A stretch of 39,113 nucleotides of DNA. Origin: Octopus bimaculoides. Its lineage: Eukaryota. The first letter of the stretch is position 1, and each line of letters begins with the position of its first letter. This document shows, piece by piece, positions 23,919-35,749 of this stretch. The notes below the pieces were generated by a model. It was not told the origin of the DNA. It saw nothing but the letters and a program-made list of their open reading frames with translations, and ran no database searches. The position numbers and the translations under genes were made by a program. The stretch spans positions 51,318,001 to 51,357,113 of the forward strand of contig NC_068992.1 of the NCBI RefSeq assembly GCF_001194135.2. Direction: 5' to 3'.

Positions 23919-23919
<1 letters not shown>
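23701..23919 (-). mobile_element. RTE-tail non-autonomous element
   Basis: About 93% identical (hand alignment) to the reverse complement of 22410-22620. Confidence 0.9.
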
Positions 23920-23952
<33 letters not shown>

Positions 23953-23974
23953 CATCATCATCATCGTTTAACGT

Positions 23975-24252
23975 NNNNNNNNNNNNNNNNNNNNNNNNNN
24001 NNNNNNNNNNNNNNNNNNNNNNNNNNNNNNNNNNNNNNNNNNNNNNNNNNNNNNNNNNNNNNNNNNNNNNNNNNNNNNNNNNNNNNNNNNNNNNNNNNNN
24101 NNNNNNNNNNNNNNNNNNNNNNNNNNNNNNNNNNNNNNNNNNNNNNNNNNNNNNNNNNNNNNNNNNNNNNNNNNNNNNNNNNNNNNNNNNNNNNNNNNNN
24201 NNNNNNNNNNNNNNNNNNNNNNNNNNNNNNNNNNNNNNNNNNNNNNNNNNNN
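23975..24252. other. Assembly gap (N)
   Basis: N run. Confidence 1.
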
Positions 24253-24301
<49 letters not shown>

Positions 24302-26559
24302 ATATGTATGTATGTATATACTGACTGTCATTGTTAATATTTCATCAAATCTCTCATTTGTTACTAATAGAATTATTATAATATTCTCTCTATTAGTCAA
24401 GCCATAAATACTTTTCGTTTTTAATATTGAATTATTCTGAGACATATCTCACCATTTAATGAATCTTTCCATGTCAGTGATTTATGTAACAGAATGAGCA
24501 ATGTGCTTGATTACAGTAACTCTTAGTGTTCATATGAGCAGATGATGTATAGAAGAAAGAAAACAAAAAACAAAAAAACATTGATGTTTGGTGAAGACAT
24601 TTCAGTTTGAAAATAAATGGTTTCTGTCAAAGATGACAAAAAAAGGCAAGACCATTCTGGTATAAATTGACAGATGTGTAATAAGACACATGGTTATTAG
24701 ATATTTCTTTATGTGATATGAATTGGCCATAATAATGTTCTATGGCTTTCTCTTATAAAGTGTTTGACCATGAATAATTGAAAAGACAGCAACTTTAGAT
24801 GCTAGCTGATATTCCGCTGACACCCAATCAAGGCAAGAGAATAGAATATTGAAAACTGATAGACTAAGGTAGGAAGAACTATAAGTAAAGGAAAATGTAA
24901 TCTGACCTTTAGTTGCTTCTATTGAAATATTTATCAAACACAAACATAGTAGAATTTGACCATTTCTTTTGAGGGTTACTAAAAGGATATTAGCAAAAAA
25001 AAAAAAATCTATTGTAAGCTATATTACATAATTTTCATCTGAGTATGTGACTGAGATCTTCATGTTGTTTACTCTGTACTTTGTACACAAAATGATATTG
25101 ATCTTTGTAAAATAAAAACAAAACTCTAAGCTACAAACCATGGATATATTTAGGAATTTGCCTAATTCATGCCAGCAGAGATAACAGGTGTTAAATGATG
25201 ATGACGACGACGACGATGATGATGATGATGATTATCTTCTACAAATAGCTGCAACTGAGATGTATTTCACAACACCATACTAGGAATCTCTGTTCCCCGT
25301 TAAGACAGAAATTCCATGATGTATCTTTGCCAACAAACTCCCTTTAGTTGAATGATCTTCATTCTGTATTAGGATGTAGCGGTCTCCAAAATAAAGCGTT
25401 TGACATAGTTTGTTATTCAGTACAACAGCAGTGGCAAGCAAGGCCAACCAACCCTGTATGGAGCTGCAGTTTAACTACTTTGTTAAATTGAACACCTTTA
25501 GTTAGGTTGTCCCTAGAGCTGGTGTTACTCAGTGCAGCATCCCATAGTGTTGCCTCTTTTCATGGACAATCTTTGCAACAACACATATTGAATCCTTGGT
25601 AAACTTTTTTCATGTGTATGTTACATAAATCTCAATTCCCATATATCACTGAACACAATGGCAACAGTAATGACATAAAGCATTTTTTTTTAATTACATC
25701 TCTTAGTTACAATGTCATAGACACAGCAAAAAGGTATTTGGATTTACAGAGTTTGTTATGCTTGAAATGAAAATGCATAGAAATTTCGTCGATTTTAACA
25801 TTCTGATTCCTTGTTACATTATATATCTACTAATGGACTAGATATACATTTTACTATTTTATAATTTATATAAAAGGGAAAATGTCACCTGGTGCTGTCT
25901 ACACCTCCTGGTGTTGTCCTCATCCCTACTGGTAATGCCAACGACTTTTAAGAAGTGATTTCTGGGGTCATTTATATGGTTCACCAAAATGTTTGATACT
26001 CTATCAACTTTGATAATTTACCAATTCATCTGCAATAAAATATTGTGTTTGGTTCTCCTCTGTGTTTTTAAAATGTTCTATCAATGGAATTTCCATAACT
26101 GGTGGCTTTTCATTGTTGTCATAACAAAAAATTTTAAAAAACCCATAAAACTTTCAATTGAATTTTTATTACTCAATTAGTTCATTACTAGTTTGATTAT
26201 TCATTTAATAAATTAATTACTTGTGAAAATACGGATGACACATCTTTCGTGTTTGCATTTTCCACCATGGAATAAAAAAGAAGCCTTATTAGTCTTGATT
26301 GTTTTTCTAAAATGCAAATTAGCTTTGTAATTATAAATCAGAGTGAAATTCTTAAAAAAGCATACTACACCATGTATATTAAAATTTAAATGGATACATG
26401 AACCAATGATGGCAGTTGGTGGGTAGGAATCTCTAAGTGGTATTTGGTTTACTAGAAATGGATACTATATTTTCAGTCAATCACAAACTTCCTCTCTTAC
26501 AAACTAAACAAGGAAGATATGCAATGCCTTAATAAGGTCATGGCTGGGATGCCTTGGTG

Positions 26560-26848
26560 ACATGTAAAATGCAACCATGCTGGTGACATGTAAAAGGCAC
26601 CTGTGCCACTCACACACAAAAAGTACCCATGCCAGTGGCATGTTAAAGACACCTATGCCAGTGACATCTAAAGGTTGCCCATAACACTCTGTGGAGTGGT
26701 TGGCACTAGGAAGGGTATCCAACCATAGAAACCAAGCCAAAAATCAGACTGGATCCTGGTACAGCTATTCGGCTTACCAGTTCCAGTCAAACCGTCTAAC
26801 CCATGCCAGCATGGAAAATGAACGCTAAATGATGGTGATGATGATTAA
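26560..26848 (+). mobile_element. RTE-tail element with tandemly amplified internal motif
   Basis: Repeated CATGCYRGTGRCAT..AAA..CACC units, then AGGAAGGGTATCCA and a (GAT)n tail. Confidence 0.75.
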
Positions 26849-27084
26849 TTGAAGTTGATCTGAGATAAACTGCATGAAAAACAGATACAGCAGCACAATC
26901 CTGGATGAATGAAAATAAAAAATAAGATTAAAAAAAACCATTGAAACATCTATGATATCAAAAAAGTTTTGATGAATTAATGAGACAGCTTCTGTGAAGT
27001 TAATTAATCTGCTAGAAATATGAATCAAATTACCTTAATTGGAGATGTTAGTTTTGTCAATCCAAACCGGAGAGTTTTATATAG

Positions 27085-27465
27085 CTTTTAATTGTTTCAG
27101 TTATTAGTGCTGGGGCACAATCTTGAAGAATTTTTCGCTGAATGAATTAACCCCAGAAATTATTTTTTTCTTTTAAGCCTGTTACTTATTTTATCGAGTC
27201 CTTTTGCTGAACTGCTAAGTTATGGACACATAAGCACACCAACACAGGTTGTCAAGTGGTGATGGGGGGGATGTAGGCACAAAGATACATATACACATAT
27301 ATGACTGGCTTCTTTCAGTTTCCATCTACCAAATCTACTCACAAGGCTTTGGTCTGCCTGAGGCTGTAGTTGAAGACACTTACCCAAGATACCACACAGT
27401 GGGACTGAACCCAGAACCATATGACTAGAAAGCAAGCTTCTTATCACACAGCCACGTCAGCACCT
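27085..27465 (-). mobile_element. Second tRNA-SINE family, full length, degenerate
   Basis: Reverse complement of 9049-9455. Confidence 0.8.
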
Positions 27466-27840
27466 ATATGTTACATGTTCTTTTAATTGTTTGAAAATGA
27501 GTGAGACTACCAAAATAAATGATTGGCATTCAAATAGGAGTTTGAGGGTAAGGGCTGCGTGGTAAGAAGTTTGCTTCGTGAACACAGAGTACCTGGTCAG
27601 ATGCTGCAGTGCAGTGCCTTAGGAGACTGACTTCTGCTGAAATAACCTCTGTTTGACCTATATCTTATGAGAGGAATTTCGTGGACAGGAGCTATGCAGA
27701 ACACCATTATATGTATGTAGGCATTAATTATATATTACATTTTTCATTATCTCCTTTGTGTTACCTTACATACATCCATTTGATGGTCGAAAGGTCCTTT
27801 TCCATTGTATGTGTATAACTATTCATTTTCTGTTATTTTT

Positions 27841-27841
<1 letters not shown>

Positions 27842-27893
<52 letters not shown>
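27842..27893. repeat. (TAT)n microsatellite
   Basis: Direct reading. Confidence 0.95.
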
Positions 27894-28433
27894 TGTTGTA
27901 CCATGTGGTTGGTAAGCAAGCTACTTACCACACAGCCACTCTTGATGTATATTGGTGGCAAGTGTAAATTTTGATTAGAAAATTAAAATAGAAATACTAA
28001 AAGTGCTTTCCAAATTAAAACAGAAATATTAAAAGTGCTTTTTAAACAAAATCCTATGTGATATTTGTTCTGCCCCAAATTACTGAAAGCCAGTGAGCCA
28101 GTAATCAGCCTCCTGCAGACCTGTAACCAATGACATTTTTGCTTACCAATTGCAAGATAAATTATAAAAAAATAAAATAGGACCAGAGCTGATGATTATA
28201 GATCCTGATAGGATTTTTTTTTGTCTCTGAAATATTTCTACTTTTTCCTGCTTCCTCATCGCATATTTGCCATACGATAATATATTCATTTTTTAAAAAT
28301 TTTCTGTTCAGTATTGATGTATGATAAATTATATATTAGGAGGTTTTTTTTTTTTTTATCTACATTTTCTATGCTGCCACATATATTATTCCAGAACCCA
28401 TTAAAACTTACTTTAAAAATGTTGATCAGCCAC

Positions 28434-28514
<81 letters not shown>
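28434..28514. repeat. (AAT)n microsatellite
   Basis: Direct reading. Confidence 0.95.
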
Positions 28515-29065
28515 CTCGGAGTTATTTCTTGATATTTAAACTTCGTGTTATTACAGTCATATGTATATTTATATATGAATGTTATGAATGTTACAGTGCA
28601 GTGTCATACGAAGATGCTACCAAGAAAATGTCTTTTTTTTTTTCATTTTTCTCTTTCATTACACATTATTATGAGTTGAAAGCATAGTCATATAAAATAT
28701 TCCATCTCCAAGTATAGTTCCTTTCATTTTTTTTTTCTTACCATTTTCATGATATAAAAATTTAAAAAATTTCTTCATAGTTTATTTTAAAATAAAATAT
28801 TACTGTTACCAAAAAATAAACAAAATAATAATAATAATGATAATAATAAAAGGAAACCAAATTGATATTTTTCGGTATGCAAAAGAAAAAAAAAATGCTT
28901 TCTAAAATATCAGAAGTGTGTATATTTTACATTTAGCTTAATATACAGACTGTTTCTTTATGACAAAGTTATGGTGATGCGAAAGATGTCTTTTAAATAA
29001 ATGCATACCATAACATGAGATATGGCATGTGTTTGTGATTAAATAAATGCTAGTATGAAAGATTT

Positions 29066-29480
29066 ATCATTGTCATTCACCATCAGCATCATCAATATCA
29101 TCATCATTATCATCTTCATTATCATGATCGTTGTTGTCATCTTTGTCATCATCATCATCCTTGTCATCATTGTCATTGTTGTCATCTTCATCATTGCCGT
29201 TGCCATCATCATCTTTGTCATCATCATCAACATCATCATCATCATCATCATCGTCATCCTTATCATTCTCATCCTCATCATCATTGTTGTCGTGATCTTC
29301 ATCCTCATCACCTCTTCATCATTGTCATTGTCTACATCATCATCATCACCATTATCATCATCACCATCACCATCATCACCATCATCATCATTGTCATAGT
29401 CATCGTCCTCATTATCATCATTATCATCAGCATCGTCATCATTATCCTTGTTGTCATTGTCCTCCTTGTCATTATTATTG
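29066..29480. repeat. Long imperfect (CAT)n tract
   Basis: Direct reading. Confidence 0.9.
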
Positions 29481-31014
29481 TACACACACGGACACACACA
29501 CACGTGTGTGTGTGTGTGTGTGTATATATATCATTGCATACACACGCATATTCACAATGAAATTACTCCCGCTAGGGAAAATCTTGTTTAAATAAAAATT
29601 CATTTGAATATTTTGTGTAGAGCAGCATAGTTCTGTTCACATTTTAATAAATAATCTCCTGTTACTTTATCACAATTTTGTTCAGAAGCAAGGGTGAATA
29701 AATTGGTAAATAGCTGCGACTATTACGTGGGTTTTACGGCACTTTTTTGTTTTAGAGTAAAAACCACTACTAAACTGTCTACCTTCACAACAATATTCAA
29801 ATTTTCATGAAACTTGACATCAAACATATTTGATTCTTTTTGATATGTCTTCAAAATGAAGGAGGAAAAAATAATTTTATATTCATCAAATATAAAAAGT
29901 TGATCTGGATGAAGGATTTAAAAAAAAATCCTTCATCTCTCAAATAAACAATTCTCATTAAGTAGTGTAAAGAGTTCCCAATTCCACTTAGATTACAGAT
30001 TGGTATATGCTGTTATAAGTGGAGATATTACTTTCTAGTTTACTTGGAATACCATTTTAGCAAGTTTCACTCACCTTAGAACTGTTTATACACACTACTG
30101 TGTACACCTTACTTCGGTGATCTTAAAACAGTAATTAAAATCTTTAATTTCACAGTTGAGTTGATATGAAACAAATAGCATTGTAAAGTGACTGATTAAA
30201 TAAATTTACTTAAGGCCAAAAATTTAGAGCTCTGTTCTCATCATATTAGGTGAATCAATCAATATATTAAAACTGAACAAGTGCATGCCTATGCAATTCT
30301 GCTAAGTTGATACCAAATTCATTGCTCTTATCATTAAGATTATTGTTATTGTATTGCATTTGAATACAATGAAACATTAATGTAAGCATCAGAAAATCAT
30401 TTATCATGGCCTTATGGTTCACAAATCCAATTTCATTGATGATTCACTTACATTTCTATCCTAGCTAGCACGAAGAATAAATTGTACTTAATAACTGGTC
30501 ATAACAACTATTCACAAAAATACACCACAAAGTGATTCTTATCAGTTTAACATTTATTTAGCTACTTTGATGTGAGTTTATTTTTAGATGATGCCAGATA
30601 TGATTCAATGATCTATTCATATTATATTACCAATGGCTTATATTTACTTACTGTCATAAAGAATAGAATATTATGTAGATATATATGTTTGTGTATATAT
30701 ACATATACACATGCATATACATATTTATACATACATTCATACCTACCTACCTACCTACCTACCTACCTACCTGCTTACATCTATCTATCTATCTATCTGT
30801 CTGTCTATACATATATATATGTACATATGTACATATACATGTATATTTACTTATTTTTTCACCCAAATATTAGCAATACATATCCTCCCTCTCTCTCTGT
30901 ATTACAATCAATGTGTATCTAGTCTCTCTCTCCCTCTCTCTCTCACATTCTCCAAATATATATCTTTTTTTCCTCTCACTCTTTTTTCTCTCCATCACTT
31001 AGCACTTATTTACA

Positions 31015-31398
31015 AAGATTTGCTGTACTCACTGCCAACCATCACCTTACTGGTAGCATCTCTGTATATAGCTTGTACAGCTCTCACCAACTACTTGCCT
31101 ATCCCTAGTTTCTGCATTGACCACCAGATAAGGGATCGGGGGACCCTGTCAAAAGCTTTCTTCAAGTCAACAAAAGCCAAGTACAGAGGTTTATCTTTGC
31201 CTATGTATTTTTCCTGCAGCTGCCTTCTCAGAAATATGGCATCAGTGATGCTTCTCCCAAAACCAAACTGCATCTGATCTAGGCTAACTCTCTACCTAAT
31301 TAGTTGGTCTATGACTCTCTCTGTAACTTTCATCATCTGATCTATCAATTTGATACCTCTGTAATTATTTCTATCTAAGGCATCACCTTTACCTTATC
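31015..31398 (-). mobile_element. Inactive RTE-clade non-LTR retrotransposon, reverse-transcriptase fragment
   Basis: Translates as KGDALDRNNYRGIKLIDQMMKVTERVIDQLIR*RVSLDQMQFGFGRSITDAIFLRRQLQEKYIGKDKPLYLAFVDLKKAFDRVPRSLIWWSMQKLGIGK*LVRAVQAIYRDATSKVMVG. NYRGI, QFGF, TDAIF and AFVDLxKAFDRV are LINE RT motifs. In-frame stops at 31292 and 31091. Confidence 0.9.
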
Positions 31399-32439
31399 TG
31401 TATGTATATATGTATGCATGCATGTATATTTATATATATGTATGTGCATATTTGTTTGTGTGTGTCTGTGTGTGAATTCTAAGTACAGTATTCTTGCTTT
31501 CTTGGTGAGTTCTGTACTTCTTTCATATCAGATCACTCTTGAGAAATCAATTGATCATATCTTTCTCAACATCCTTCAATTATATTTTAGCAAAATCCGC
31601 AGCATCTGCTACAATGTCAATTTTAAATAAATAAATAAATATAACACATTATGTATTTTTTTTTACTTTTTTGTGCTATTGTCATTACTTTCTGCTCACA
31701 GACTAATGTATCTTTGTCAAAAAATACAGAATAAAATCATTTATTTGATCTTCTTGTTTGGAAAACTGTAAAGTTACTTTGTTTTTAAATAATACCAAAA
31801 TAATTGGTCCATTTTTTTCAAACCAACATTGTCTCATATTTTGATAGATGCTAGAATGTTGATTTAGTGTTGTAAACATCGCTTGTATTAAGTATTACAG
31901 CTCTTAATTTCTTTGCTATAATATCTCTCCAATAGAATGATGGTTAATTGTACAGGTTTGATCTTCTACAGAGAAAATATAATGTTTTTGCTTGTATGAA
32001 AAGAATCCTTTTCAATTGTCACTTTTAGTAAACACAAGCACCCATTCAAATGGCATTGTTAAATAGAAGTAGTAGAAAGTAATGGAAATAAAATTGCATT
32101 TCACACAAAATTTCACTATAGATTCCGCTATTAAATATAATGTAAAATCTGGTAGTAATTTGCTAATTTGTGTCTACCTTTCTCTTTGTAGTGGTTCTTC
32201 TCTTGATTCCTGAAGAGTTTTACATTCTTCAAACTAATAATGCATGCTTTTTGTAAAACATCTTCAATGTTGGACTTCTAAAATCTCTTTCTATCAAATT
32301 CTAAAGAATAATCTAAACATACTCAAAATTTGCAGTGCCGTCAGTTCAATGTTTTGAGGACGACATTGAAAGATAAAAAAAAAAAGAAAAATGTATTTCT
32401 TGATCTTGCTTACTATTTCCTCTGTAGTTTAGGTACATT

Positions 32440-32545
32440 CCCCTCCTCCCCCTTCCTCCTCTTCTTCCCTTCCCCATCCTCTTCACCTCTACCCATCACA
32501 CTCTCCTCTCTTCCTCCCCTCTCCTCCTCCATCCTCCTCATCATC
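32440..32545. repeat. C/T-rich low-complexity tract (G/A-rich on the minus strand)
   Basis: Direct reading. Confidence 0.8.
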
Positions 32546-32595
32546 ATTCACTTTTCCATGCTTGTATGAATCAGACAGAATTTATTGAGGCAGAT

Positions 32596-32598
<3 letters not shown>

Positions 32599-32677
<79 letters not shown>

Positions 32678-32684
32678 ACACACA
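32599..32684. repeat. (CA)n microsatellite
   Basis: Direct reading. Confidence 0.95.
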
Positions 32685-33029
32685 AATGATAGGCTTCTTT
32701 CAGTTTCTATCTGTCAAATCCACTCATGGAGCACACAACCATGCCTACACCTTGTAAAATGGAGTTGACCACAACCAGGCATTCTCTAAAGAACATTATG
32801 GTATAATGCTTCAAGTTTTGTTAGCTTTTATAAATATAGTCTTTCAGTCAAATAGAATTCAACAAACCCATATAGTATTATACAGCTTTAAACCTGCAAC
32901 AATACTTAATAATGCTTCTTTCTTAATTGTAAGACTATTTCAGTAATTAATTCATTGTTCTAGATCTATTTACCTTGCATAGTTTTACTTCAAAAACGTC
33001 TAAACACAATTACTTGTTTAATTTCTCAG

Positions 33030-33140
33030 AGAATCATCGAGGGATGTGGACCCAAAGGCATTGTTTGCACAAGCTTTTGCTGAAGCTTATGTAAACAATG
33101 TTTTATATTTGTCAAAGAACATGTTTACTTGTCTGCACAA
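33030..33140 (+). CDS. Candidate internal exon (ESSRDVDPKALFAQAFAEAYVNNVLYLSKNMFTCLH); unverified
   Basis: TTTAATTTCTCAG acceptor, frame opens at the acceptor, donor AA|GTAAAC at 33141, 111 nt phase 2-2, protein-like composition. No homology recognised. Confidence 0.3.
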
Positions 33141-33249
33141 GTAAACATGCACTGGTAGTTATTCTATGACAAATATGGAAATACCAGTGTACACAACTGA
33201 AGCAATGTCATTGACAGGTCTTAAGGAAGCTGGAATGCATCTGGTATCT

Positions 33250-33395
33250 GAGCTTCTTCCAGTTTCCACCTATTAAATCCATTCACTAGGCTTTGGTCCA
33301 CCCAAGGCACAGACGCCACAAGGTGCTGTGCAGTAGGGCTGAATCCAAGACCATGTGGCTAGGTAACAAGCTTCTTATCACACAGCCACTCATGC
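33250..33395 (-). mobile_element. Second tRNA-SINE family, degenerate 5' half
   Basis: GCTTCTT.CAGTTTCC ... CCATGTGG ... CACACAGCCACTC. Confidence 0.7.
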
Positions 33396-33424
33396 ATGTA
33401 GAATAATATTTTTTATCATGAAAT

Positions 33425-33545
33425 TATCATCATCATCATCATCATCGTTTAACGTCCACTTTCCATGCTAGCATGGGTTGGACGATTTGACTGAGGACTG
33501 GCAAGCCAGAAGGCTGCACCAGGCTCAAATCTGATCTGGCAGGAA
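33425..33545 (-). mobile_element. RTE-tail element, 5'-truncated
   Basis: (CAT)n CGTTTAACGTCCACTTTCCATGCTAGCATGGGTTGGACG. Confidence 0.8.
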
Positions 33546-33939
33546 ATTATACATGTATTAATATAGCTACGAATATCCTTTGTTGCATGTGGACAAATAA
33601 ATTATTCGAGGGGTACATGTAGAACAGTGAAAATTCAAACAGTAATGTATCTATTCATTGTTAATACTTTCTGGCAGATTTCAATGTGAAAAATCTGATT
33701 GTTGTGGTTGATCATCAACAATGAACAGATATTCATGCTTAAATCTACCAGAACATATTAAAATTGAATACATACAAATAAATTAATTTGCTAATAAATT
33801 TTTGAAGAAAATTGGGGAGTTATCACAAACAACGAAAAAATTAGAAAAGAAAAAATTAAATTATTCAGTTTTAAACATTATTTGATTTATACATTTTGAA
33901 ATTCTAATCTCGAAACATATTAACTTCCATCTTGAAACA

Positions 33940-34212
33940 ATGATGATGATGATGATAATGTCGATGTTGATGACAACAATGCTGATGATAATGATGATAA
34001 TGATGACGATGATCATCATCAAGCTATCAAAGTGATTATGGTGACCATAATCATCATCACCATTGTCATGACAACGACAACAATGATAATGACAGCAATG
34101 ATTACTGATGCTGATGACAACGGCAGCGACAATGACGATGGTAACAGTGACAGCAATGATAACAGTGATGGTGGCAGCAATGATGATGATGATGGTGATA
34201 ATAATGTTGATC
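33940..34212. repeat. Long imperfect (GAT)n tract
   Basis: Direct reading. Confidence 0.9.
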
Positions 34213-34466
34213 ATCCTTTTAGCATCTACTTTTCCATACTTGCATGGATCAGATGAAATCTTGATGAAATTTAATAGCTGGATGCTCTTCCTGTTGTCAG
34301 TCTTCACTTGTTTCTAAGCAAGTTAAGTTTACTGTTGCCCTTAAAGCACCAACAACACAACAGCAGGATATGCTTATGTTGGAAATTGCAAACAGAGTTA
34401 CTGCTTGTATGGTAGTGAAGTTTGTTTACGATTAGAGTGCAATGCCAAGACAAGGAGACACAAAAA

Positions 34467-34842
34467 CTCACTTGTTTCAGTCATTTGACTGTGGCCATGC
34501 TGGAGCAGCGCCTTTAGTTGAGCAAATCAACCCCAGGACTTATTCTTTGTAAGCCTAGTACTTATTCTATCGGTCTCTTCTACTGAACTGCTAAGTTACG
34601 GGGACGTACACACACCAGCATCGGTTGTCAAGCGATGTTGGGGGGACAAACATATACACACACATAGATATATACATATATACGACGGGCTTCTTTCAGT
34701 TTTCCGTCTACCCAATCCCCTCACAAGGCTTTGGTCAGCCCGAGACTATATTAGAAGACACTTGCCTAAGGTGCCACACAGTGGGAATGAACCCAGAACC
34801 ATGGGGTTGGTATGCAAGCTACTTACCACACAACCACTCCTG
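34467..34842 (-). mobile_element. Second tRNA-SINE family, full length
   Basis: Close reverse complement of 9049-9455. Confidence 0.9.
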
Positions 34843-35066
34843 CATCTTGTACATAGTTTTTAAGTAACCTTATTAACCATACATCCATTCCTGTATATAT
34901 GTACCATTTTTGTTATGTTGTGTTTACGACAAAACGAGAACTAGTCTTATATTATTGAAGTCGGTACTAAAATATAGTGTAGTTTATTTGATTCAAAGAT
35001 ATCAAAAATATTCTATATATACATATGTATATATGTGTGTATGTGTGTATGTATATATATATATAT

Positions 35067-35102
<36 letters not shown>

Positions 35103-35368
35103 GACATTATATACACTTATAAGGCTATACCTATACATCTAATCTTTCATTTCACTGTATTTACAAAGAAAACTTATGTTTGACAGGAAATCACTTAAAA
35201 AATACTGCAAAACTGTTTGGAAAATTCTTAAAATCAAAACCATAATTCTTGTTTCAATCACATTATTGAATCTTTGTCTATGCTGAAGTTAGATTTAGGT
35301 TGGCAATAGGTAATGTTTATATTATGGTATCAGTAAATCAAAGATAAATATATTACATGTCTAGATTG

Positions 35369-35749
35369 NNNNNNNNNNNNNNNNNNNNNNNNNNNNNNNN
35401 NNNNNNNNNNNNNNNNNNNNNNNNNNNNNNNNNNNNNNNNNNNNNNNNNNNNNNNNNNNNNNNNNNNNNNNNNNNNNNNNNNNNNNNNNNNNNNNNNNNN
35501 NNNNNNNNNNNNNNNNNNNNNNNNNNNNNNNNNNNNNNNNNNNNNNNNNNNNNNNNNNNNNNNNNNNNNNNNNNNNNNNNNNNNNNNNNNNNNNNNNNNN
35601 NNNNNNNNNNNNNNNNNNNNNNNNNNNNNNNNNNNNNNNNNNNNNNNNNNNNNNNNNNNNNNNNNNNNNNNNNNNNNNNNNNNNNNNNNNNNNNNNNNNN
35701 NNNNNNNNNNNNNNNNNNNNNNNNNNNNNNNNNNNNNNNNNNNNNNNNN
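35369..35749. other. Assembly gap (N)
   Basis: N run. Confidence 1.

Noticed and set aside
10586-23971. Recurring ORFs with QLDALPNxNH (10586, 17805, 19221, 22292, 23768)
   Set aside because: They are the same antisense reading of RTE-tail element copies, not a gene family.
23952-23974. Second element start (CAT)n-CGTTTAACGT next to the gap
   Set aside because: Identical to the start at 23701 and abutting an N gap; may be an assembly duplication.
28147-28226. Minus-strand segment with TTTCAG acceptor and TTG|GTAAGC donor
   Set aside because: Purine-rich sequence upstream of the acceptor and homopolymer-rich content make a coding exon unlikely.
33120-33157. Hairpin followed by CTGG as a Helitron 3' end
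   Set aside because: The hairpin-to-CTRR spacing is only 2 nt and there are no other Helitron features.
29039-34317. Asp-, Met- or Ile-rich ORFs (29039-29503, 29055-29399, 33861-34307, 34032-34256, 34108-34317)
   Set aside because: Products of (CAT)n/(GAT)n tracts, open in several frames on both strands.
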